A DNA stretch of 21,637 nucleotides from Pyrobaculum sp. (lineage in GTDB: Archaea; Thermoproteota; Thermoprotei; Thermoproteales; Thermoproteaceae). The position numbers and the translations under genes were made by a program. Shown here piece by piece: positions 14,513-20,948 of this stretch. The notes below the pieces were generated by a model that saw only the letters and a list, made by a program, of their open reading frames with translations, searched no databases and was not told where the DNA came from. Positions within the stretch are counted from its first letter, which is position 1. The number at the start of each line of letters is the position of its first letter. The stretch is from the NCBI GenBank assembly GCA_046293555.1, contig JBKBOT010000025.1:1-21637 (forward strand), written 5' to 3'.

Positions 14513-17226
14513 AGGTTTTTCAACGCCTCCCTGAGGTTTTCCTCAGTCGGCTCCTTTATCTTAACTGTCGGCACGTTTTTCTCAATTGTCTTATTGTCGC
14601 CGCCGATTATTATCGCCTTCACCTCCCTAAAGGCCTTCTTGGCCTCCTCAAGCAGCTCTGGGTCTACGATATCATAACCGTCTGTGACCAATATGAGCTT
14701 ATAGTCCTTTTTCGCCTCCTTGATCGCGACCTTCAACGCGTCGTTTATTGACGTGCCGCCTTCCGGCATTGCGGTCAGTAGGTATCTCACGATCTCCCTC
14801 TTGTCTTTTATGGGGTCATGCACCTGGGCGTCGAAAAACCTGACTGTCATCTTCTCCGGCTTGCCGTGCGCCATAATTGCGTACACCAGTGCGGTGGCCC
14901 AAGATATCGCAGGCACACCTGCGTACTCCTCGGCCATGGAGCCCGACCGGTCAATTAAGACGTAATATCTATCCCTTTCCTCTATATGCAGCTCTTTTAC
15001 GGTAAGCGATTTGGTGGCCAGCTTGTATTTAAACAGCTCCGGCGATGCTTGTGCTATGGCGCGGCTTGTGGGCGTCATATATAGCAACTGGCTCAGAGAG
15101 GTCATTTTCGTCACGCCCCCCGGCACGCCGAGTCTATCTGCTTTTTTTATCTCCTCATAGATGGATGCCCCTTTGGACGCAAGCTTGATAAACTTCTTAA
15201 GCCGTTCTACAAGCCTCTTGCGCTCAGCTGCGTCGCGTTCGCTTAATATTAACGCGGCAGCTTGAATGCCTGCCGATAAGCCGCCAAACAGTTGCCTCAA
15301 ATCCTCTGCAAGCTGTTGGACGTCCACCTCGCCCATACGCATCCGCTCCACCTCCTCGGAGAGACGTCTGGCGCCTCTAGTTGCTCGTTCTAAGCCATGT
15401 CTCAATGAACTAATCTGATCTGCGAGCTGCCTAAGGCTCTCGCCCGCCTGCCGCTCCATCTGCCTTTGGATCTGTTCCGCCAGCTCTCTGACCTGCCGCC
15501 GTAGGTCCTCCGGCAGCGACCCCTCCAGCTGCCTCAGCCGTTGGAGCAAATCTTGAAGCCCCTGTCCCCCTCTACGCAATGCGTTTTCAATGTCTTGAAG
15601 CAACTGGCTAAGCGCTTGCACGGCGTCAGCCTGTTGGCCGCCGTGTTGACCTACGCGTGGGCTTTGTTGCTGATCCTCACCAGCCCGGCCCTGGCCGCCC
15701 CCAGCCCGGCCGTCTGCCTCACGCCCGCCGGCCTGCCCAAGTGGACACACACCGCCGGGACACGTGTCCTCCATTTGCACTCCCCCCCGCCTGCGGCGTC
15801 TTGTTGTCGACTCGCCGACCCTCTGTGCATGCTGCGGCTGGCCTGCGGCTTGTTGCATCCCTTGTTGCATCTGTTGTAGCCGCCGCCGCAGTTCTTCTAT
15901 CTGGCGTTGTATGTCCTGCATTTGCTGTCCCCCGCCTTGTTGCATATGCCGCTGTGCACGTAGGCGTCTCCGCGCTTGTTTTTTGTATTGGTTCTCCATA
16001 TCTAACAGTCTATTCCAGACGGTAGCGATTTGGTCGCGTATGTCGGCGAGGTCTTTTTTGGTTCTGTCGACGGCCTTCTCCAACTGGCGGCTTGCCCTCC
16101 TACCCACGCCCCTCAGCTGACTGACTGTATCGCTCGGTGCCTGGTTTTGCTGTAACGTTTGCTTGATCCCCTCAAGCTCGTTGGAGAATTGCGATGCGCG
16201 ATTTCCAATTGCCAACATTTCATTTCTCAGCTCCTGTAGCCTCTTCCTAATTGCTTCAAGGCTTTCACGGATCTCGCCCGTCGCCTCTGGAAGCAACCGC
16301 TCAGCCTCCCTGCGTAGCCTCTCTACCATTGTCTCCAAGTCCTCCATCTGCTTCGCGATGTCGGATGATGCTGAGGTGATGCTTTGGGTGTTTTTCAACG
16401 CCCTGTCTATAGACTGACTCACATTGTCAACGTCGCCGGCCCTAGCCAGATTCGTCGCCTCAGTTAAGTTATATCGTAGGCCGTCCATTGCGCCCACTAT
16501 CGTACTTCTATAGTCACTTGATATATTACCCGCATAATCGTAGGCCCTCTTTGTGAGGTGTGCCAAGTATCTCGCCTTGATGTGCTCCGGCGCGCCCTCC
16601 AACATCCTCATCCCCTCTCTGCGGAGCTCCTCCAGCCTCTGGCTCGCCTCTTGTTGGTATCTGTTGAGCTCGTTCAGCATCATGTCGTACATCTGCCTGA
16701 TTGGTCTATACAACGCGGCGTGTTCCTCCAACGGTGCATCCAGCGGCTTCTCCCTAATTGCCTTCAAAAGCTTGGAGAGATCCTCCATGTATCCCTTAAA
16801 CCGCTCGTCTACTTTCGAAAGCCAGTTGAGCATTTTGGACAGATCTCTGGCCAGCTCCTCGGCCATGTGTCTAATTATGAACTTAGCCGCTATGTCTCTG
16901 GCCTTTGGGTAGTCGTATTTGGTCTCCTCAAGCAGCTTTTCGAACTCCTTCGACTTTATATGTTCAATAAGCCGCTCATAGAACTTCGTATAGTCGCGTT
17001 CCTCCCCCAGCTCCGGGCCGCGGTAGTGCGAAAAAAGCACATCTGCGAGCTCCGGCGTGGTCAACCTGCCCAGCGAAACGCCATGTCTCTGTAGATGTCT
17101 GGCGAGGTGAAACGTATGCGAAAGAGTGTACGGATCCTCGTAGTCGACGTTTAGGAGGATCCCAGGCGGGATATCTGGCTCCCTATCCTCCTTCTTTTCT
17201 TTCCGCCTCTTTGTGGCTCTGGTCAT
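14509..17226 (-). CDS. Large coiled-coil protein with intact C-terminal vWA (MIDAS) domain, ViaA/CoxE-like (905 aa)
   Basis: YYVLIDRSGSM (DxSxS), PEGGTSI (T) and LILVTDG (D); long heptad-rich middle with a Gln/Gly linker; N-terminal ILLNVDYEDPY; start MTRATKRRKEKK at +32 from the motif. Confidence 0.9.
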   Translation of the reverse strand: MTRATKRRKEKKEDREPDIPPGILLNVDYEDPYTLSHTFHLARHLQRHGVSLGRLTTPELADVLFSHYRGPELGEERDYTKFYERLIEHIKSKEFEKLLEETKYDYPKARDIAAKFIIRHMAEELARDLSKMLNWLSKVDERFKGYMEDLSKLLKAIREKPLDAPLEEHAALYRPIRQMYDMMLNELNRYQQEASQRLEELRREGMRMLEGAPEHIKARYLAHLTKRAYDYAGNISSDYRSTIVGAMDGLRYNLTEATNLARAGDVDNVSQSIDRALKNTQSITSASSDIAKQMEDLETMVERLRREAERLLPEATGEIRESLEAIRKRLQELRNEMLAIGNRASQFSNELEGIKQTLQQNQAPSDTVSQLRGVGRRASRQLEKAVDRTKKDLADIRDQIATVWNRLLDMENQYKKQARRRLRAQRHMQQGGGQQMQDIQRQIEELRRRLQQMQQGMQQAAGQPQHAQRVGESTTRRRRRGGVQMEDTCPGGVCPLGQAGGREADGRAGGGQGRAGEDQQQSPRVGQHGGQQADAVQALSQLLQDIENALRRGGQGLQDLLQRLRQLEGSLPEDLRRQVRELAEQIQRQMERQAGESLRQLADQISSLRHGLERATRGARRLSEEVERMRMGEVDVQQLAEDLRQLFGGLSAGIQAAALILSERDAAERKRLVERLKKFIKLASKGASIYEEIKKADRLGVPGGVTKMTSLSQLLYMTPTSRAIAQASPELFKYKLATKSLTVKELHIEERDRYYVLIDRSGSMAEEYAGVPAISWATALVYAIMAHGKPEKMTVRFFDAQVHDPIKDKREIVRYLLTAMPEGGTSINDALKVAIKEAKKDYKLILVTDGYDIVDPELLEEAKKAFREVKAIIIGGDNKTIEKNVPTVKIKEPTEENLREALKNL

Positions 17227-17245
17227 ATCACAATACGTCTACGGT

Positions 17246-17258
17246 TATATATACGTCA
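17246..17258 (-). promoter_or_regulatory. TGAYG-TATA promoter copy
   Basis: TGACGTATATATA; ATG at +32 (17226). Confidence 0.85.
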
Positions 17259-17292
17259 CTGTTTGACGCCATACAGCGGCCAGCTGTATACA

Positions 17293-18051
17293 TCACTCCT
17301 CTTCGGCTATATCATGTATATGGTAAAGATAGCCATCCACATCCATAACGACCTTGCGGACTTTATACATCAGATATAACACCTCGACGATCGCGTACAG
17401 TTTTTCATATAGCTTCAACATCTTGGCGTAGAGAGGTCCCTTAGACATAACGTGTTTCTTGTGTTTAAGCGGCTCGTCCACACCAATCATGTTTTGCAGT
17501 TGTATCAACACGCCGGCGAGTTTTCCATCCAGCTCTTCCAAAGCCTCTGTGATCTCAAAACTATTGATATCCCCTCTGACTTTTTCCATCCATTTTTTTA
17601 TCTCCCCTACCAGCCGCTCCACCTCTCTCCACCGCTCTAATAGCCTTTCCCTGTCCGGACTGTTGTCCACCTCCTTTTTGATCTCATGTATCACATCTAG
17701 CGTCTTCTCAAGTCTTTTCAACTCGGCCCTCATCACGTCGTCTGCCCTCATATCTATTTCAAACAGTGGGTCTTTGAGGTCTTCGGCAAAGCCGGTCACG
17801 TAGTTTCTATCTCCATACAGCCTCGGCCTTAGGTACACGTAATTCAACTCGTCCACCAAATCATACAGCCTGTCTTCAAACCAGTGGAGGACGCCAAGTC
17901 TGACCAACTCCTCCACGGCCTTTTTGCTCATATCCTTCTTCACCCTCTCCAAAAATTTGACCTCATTGCGTATGTACCTTATGGCATCGCCCAGGAGCTC
18001 GCGGACCTCCTCAGCCGTGGCTTTGTCGAGCTTGCGCCTCCTTGTGGACAT
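17293..18051 (-). CDS. Basic-tag helical protein family member (252 aa)
   Basis: MSTRRRKLDK; LNYVYLRPRLYGDRNYV; KGPLYAKMLKLYEKLYA. Upstream TATATATATA (18068-18077) lacks the TGACG element. Confidence 0.9.
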   Translation of the reverse strand: MSTRRRKLDKATAEEVRELLGDAIRYIRNEVKFLERVKKDMSKKAVEELVRLGVLHWFEDRLYDLVDELNYVYLRPRLYGDRNYVTGFAEDLKDPLFEIDMRADDVMRAELKRLEKTLDVIHEIKKEVDNSPDRERLLERWREVERLVGEIKKWMEKVRGDINSFEITEALEELDGKLAGVLIQLQNMIGVDEPLKHKKHVMSKGPLYAKMLKLYEKLYAIVEVLYLMYKVRKVVMDVDGYLYHIHDIAEEE

Positions 18052-18077
18052 CTCCCTATACGTCTGATATATATATA

Positions 18078-18833
18078 CTATTCATCGAAAGCCTTCTCTA
18101 TCTCGTATACATGTGATACTATCATCGCAACGCTGGCGTAGATATAGTCTAAAAATTTGAGTGCCTCATACAGCGGGGCGACCTCATCGTAGAGCTCCAA
18201 CAGTTTGTCATACGGAGGCCCCATTTCCTCTATCTCCTCTCTTGGTCGGAGCCTCAAGCCAATCATAAGCTCCAAATTGTATACCACACCACCTAACATC
18301 TCAATTATTCCATATACCGTTGCATCATAGAACTCGGTGTGTTTGGACTCTTCTATCTTTTCTTTAATCCCTTTTATCAACCCCCTTATCGACGCCGCCC
18401 TTTCGACCAACCTCCGTTCTGTCGATGACTCGCGGCCTTGGCTCGATTCCAACTCCCTCATGACGTCATCCACAACATCCATGGCTTTGTCTATCTTGGC
18501 AAGCATGGCGTCTATCATGCTCTTAACTTTCGACTCTACGTAGGAGTTTACAGCTTTCGCCATCTCTACGAGTTTGGCCACATGTTCTCTATCTCTATAC
18601 AGCGCTGGGTCTAGATAAGTCCTCTCGAGTGTGTCCCTGATTTTGTATATATTTACCTCGATTTTCTCGAGAATGGTGCGGCCCAACCTCGCCAACTCCT
18701 TGACGGCTCTTGGACTCATCTCACGTTTGATCGAATTCCATGCATCAAGCTCCTCATCCACATAGTCAATGGCCTTCTTTAGCTGTCTGCGGACCTCTTT
18801 GGTGCTATCAGGCCTACGCCTCCTCACGGCCAT
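18078..18833 (-). CDS. Basic-tag helical protein family member (251 aa)
   Basis: MAVRRRRPDS at +32; LERTYLDPALYRDREHV; GPPYDKLLELY. Confidence 0.9.
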   Translation of the reverse strand: MAVRRRRPDSTKEVRRQLKKAIDYVDEELDAWNSIKREMSPRAVKELARLGRTILEKIEVNIYKIRDTLERTYLDPALYRDREHVAKLVEMAKAVNSYVESKVKSMIDAMLAKIDKAMDVVDDVMRELESSQGRESSTERRLVERAASIRGLIKGIKEKIEESKHTEFYDATVYGIIEMLGGVVYNLELMIGLRLRPREEIEEMGPPYDKLLELYDEVAPLYEALKFLDYIYASVAMIVSHVYEIEKAFDE

Positions 18834-18852
18834 ATCCACATGTGCCTATGGT

Positions 18853-18865
18853 TATATATACGTCA
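18853..18865 (-). promoter_or_regulatory. TGAYG-TATA promoter copy; its TGA is the stop of 18863..19108
   Basis: TGACGTATATATA; ATG at +32 (18833). Confidence 0.85.
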
Positions 18866-19108
18866 CTTTTTTGGCCTCGGCGTGGTTAGTGGGAGGGGGA
18901 CTATGTCGTCCGCCAGCTTGTACGCCATGGTTTCAAACATCTCGAACCGTAACTTGTCGCGTTTATGTATTCCGGCCTCGCGCCTCACCCCCCTCAGTTG
19001 TTTGAGGATGGTCCTTATGTTATGTGCCGCCTTAAGTAGGTTATTCCGAATTGTCGCAACCTTCCCCTCACCTCTTTCTCTGTTTGGCTTACGCCTCCTT
19101 ACTGCCAC
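18863..19108 (-). pseudogene. Truncated family member (81 aa, N-terminal third only)
   Basis: MAVRRRKPNRER...LRFEMFETMAYKLADDI aligns with LKFDLWEMSLYELLDKI of the neighbour, then breaks just before the AY.DP.LY motif. Confidence 0.7.
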
Positions 19109-19127
19109 ATTCCCACGCGTTTGTGTG

Positions 19128-19140
19128 TATATATACGTCA
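19128..19140 (-). promoter_or_regulatory. TGAYG-TATA promoter copy directly abutting the TAG of 19141..19869
   Basis: TGACGTATATATA; GTG at +32 (19108). Confidence 0.85.
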
Positions 19141-19869
19141 CTATTTGACGTATTGCAACAACCCGGCCAGCCGTGCCTTGAGGTCATCTATCGCCTCATA
19201 GTACATATAGTCGATGTAGAAAATCACGTCTTCAGTCACGACTGCCACCTCATAGAGTTTTGTCAACTTGTCACGTAGCGGAGTGTCTTCATGCGTAAGG
19301 TATTCAAGCATGACCCCCAAACTGCTTGTCACTGTACGAACTGGGGAACGTAGTTTTTCCAACGTAGAAATATCCCTAGTGACCTCTTCAGCTAGTTTCT
19401 TCAAGTCAACAAACGATGTATCGACGTCTGACATATATCCTGCTAGCTTCCATCGGTCCGGTCTTTTGGATATCTCAAGCCATATCTCACCCACCAGATC
19501 GGACATCCTCAAGAGTTTGTTCAACGCATTGCGTACCGCCTTCTGCATGTCTTGAGATATTTTGTTTACAACGTCTATCGCCTCCTCTGCCAACGTGTGG
19601 ATGTAGTCAACGTCTGTATACAGCTTTGGGTCGTAATACGCACTATCGATCTTATCCAACAGCTCGTACAAACTCATTTCCCACAAGTCGAACTTAAGCC
19701 CAGTGATGCCAACCTTGGCCAGCCCCCTGCGGACTTCCGACGGCATCTTACGCTTCGCTTTACGCAACACGCGAAATGTGTTGTATATAGAGTTTGTTAT
19801 CGAATACAACAGATATCGAATCTCATCAACCTTTTCCCTATCTACTCTCTTCTTCCTCCTTACTGTCAT
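19141..19869 (-). CDS. Basic-tag helical protein family member (242 aa)
   Basis: MTVRRKKRVDREK at +32; IDSAYYDPKLYTDVDYI; TPLRDKLTKLYE. Confidence 0.9.
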   Translation of the reverse strand: MTVRRKKRVDREKVDEIRYLLYSITNSIYNTFRVLRKAKRKMPSEVRRGLAKVGITGLKFDLWEMSLYELLDKIDSAYYDPKLYTDVDYIHTLAEEAIDVVNKISQDMQKAVRNALNKLLRMSDLVGEIWLEISKRPDRWKLAGYMSDVDTSFVDLKKLAEEVTRDISTLEKLRSPVRTVTSSLGVMLEYLTHEDTPLRDKLTKLYEVAVVTEDVIFYIDYMYYEAIDDLKARLAGLLQYVK

Positions 19870-19888
19870 ATACACATACGTCTACAGT

Positions 19889-19901
19889 TATAAATACATC
19901 A
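19889..19901 (-). promoter_or_regulatory. TGAYG-TATA promoter copy (TGATGTATTTATA); its TGA is the stop of 19899..20630
   Basis: ATG at +32 (19869). Confidence 0.8.
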
Positions 19902-20630
19902 TTTAATGGCGTCTTCTATCTCGGCCACAAGGGCCGAGATTTCTCCAAGTTGACTGAATATGGAATACAAGACGTAGATCACGCCGACGGATGCGTACAG
20001 CCTCTCGTATAGTTTCAACATCTTGGCGTATAGAGGCCCCTTGGCCACCACGCGTTCTCTGTCTTTTCCAAGCGGGTCGTCTACATTCATTATACGTCTC
20101 AATGCCACCATCATGCTCGCGATGGGGTATGTGGATTGGTATATATGCCACATGTCGATGGGGTAGATCTTCTTTATCTCCTCCGCCGCCTCCACAGCCT
20201 CTCTCCACAGCCCCAGTAGCCTCTCTCCGTCCGGACTGTTGTCTATCTCTCCCCCGATTTCGCCCATCGCCTTGTCCACAGCCCTCTTGAGCCTCTCCAG
20301 CTCTGCGTCTGCCGCCCTCCCCACCTTTATCGATGTGTTGAAAACATAGTCTCTAGCCATCTCTACGAGTTTGGCCACATGTTCTCTATCTCTATACAGC
20401 GCCGGGTCTAGATATGCCCTCTCCATGGCGTCCGCCAGCCTGTGTAGCCTTACCTCAAACAGCTCGAGGTCTATATCCCCAACCCTGGCCAACTCCTTGC
20501 GTACCTCCGGCCTCACGCCGCGCCTCCATGCATAGAGCTCACGCGCCAACTCCCTTAAGTCCCCCGCAGCCTTTTCCAACAGCCTACGGACCCTTCTCGT
20601 CCTCCAATCTTTACGCCTCCTTACGGCCAC
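19899..20630 (-). CDS. Basic-tag helical protein family member (243 aa), mosaic
   Basis: GTG at +32 gives MAVRRRKDWRTRR; MERAYLDPALYRDREHV; KGPLYAKMLKLYERLYA. Confidence 0.9.
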   Translation of the reverse strand: MAVRRRKDWRTRRVRRLLEKAAGDLRELARELYAWRRGVRPEVRKELARVGDIDLELFEVRLHRLADAMERAYLDPALYRDREHVAKLVEMARDYVFNTSIKVGRAADAELERLKRAVDKAMGEIGGEIDNSPDGERLLGLWREAVEAAEEIKKIYPIDMWHIYQSTYPIASMMVALRRIMNVDDPLGKDRERVVAKGPLYAKMLKLYERLYASVGVIYVLYSIFSQLGEISALVAEIEDAIK

Positions 20631-20649
20631 GGGCTTGCGAGGCTGTATG

Positions 20650-20662
20650 TATATATACGTCA
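20650..20662 (-). promoter_or_regulatory. TGAYG-TATA promoter copy
   Basis: TGACGTATATATA; GTG at +32 (20630). Confidence 0.85.
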
Positions 20663-20671
20663 TTTTTTCAC

Positions 20672-20872
20672 ATGTGGTGGCTGGCTGTGATCATAACGGC
20701 GTTTGTGTTCTCGGCGCCTTGGTCTTGGCCACACTGCCCCATAGCGCCGTTGTTTTTCGCCGCCAGCGTGCTCTACGGCGTGTATATCTACCTTAGGCCG
20801 GGGAGGGGGGATTTGATGTTTCTGACGTATTGCATGGCGGCGTGGACGTTGTCTCTTGCAGCGCCGTGTTAA
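20672..20872 (+). CDS. Small hydrophobic membrane protein (66 aa)
   Basis: MWWLAVIITAFVFSAPW...; fills the gap between two promoters and could use the palindromic TATATATA at 20650-20657 in the opposite direction. Confidence 0.55.
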   Translation: MWWLAVIITAFVFSAPWSWPHCPIAPLFFAASVLYGVYIYLRPGRGDLMFLTYCMAAWTLSLAAPC

Positions 20873-20916
20873 ACCGCTGCGGCTCGCGATGTGGTCGTTG
20901 GCCAACGTTTGAGTCG

Positions 20917-20929
20917 TGACGTATTTATA
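20917..20929 (+). promoter_or_regulatory. TGAYG-TATA promoter copy (TGACGTATTTATA)
   Basis: ATG at +32 (20949). Confidence 0.85.
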
Positions 20930-20948
20930 GCCAAACGGCTGTATGCAC

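Noticed and set aside
18816-18833. AGGAGG at about +10 as a downstream Shine-Dalgarno explaining the tag
   Set aside because: Present in several genes, but 7158 uses CGC AGA CGC CGT and 3107 uses Lys codons, which favours protein-level selection. AGG is also the commonly used Arg codon here. Not fully excluded.
1620-20663. Recurrent N-terminal peptide MTYI(Y/K) or MMYIN in track ORFs (starts 1652, 5155, 19141, 20663; VTYIY inside 4750 and 6891)
   Set aside because: It is the promoter (RTGACGTATATA) read in frame 33 nt upstream of the true start, not a protein motif.
1639-20929. Repeated motif as a CRISPR or attC-type repeat array
   Set aside because: Only 13 bp, on both strands, spaced by whole genes, no long hairpin and no cas genes; its fixed distance to starts indicates a promoter.
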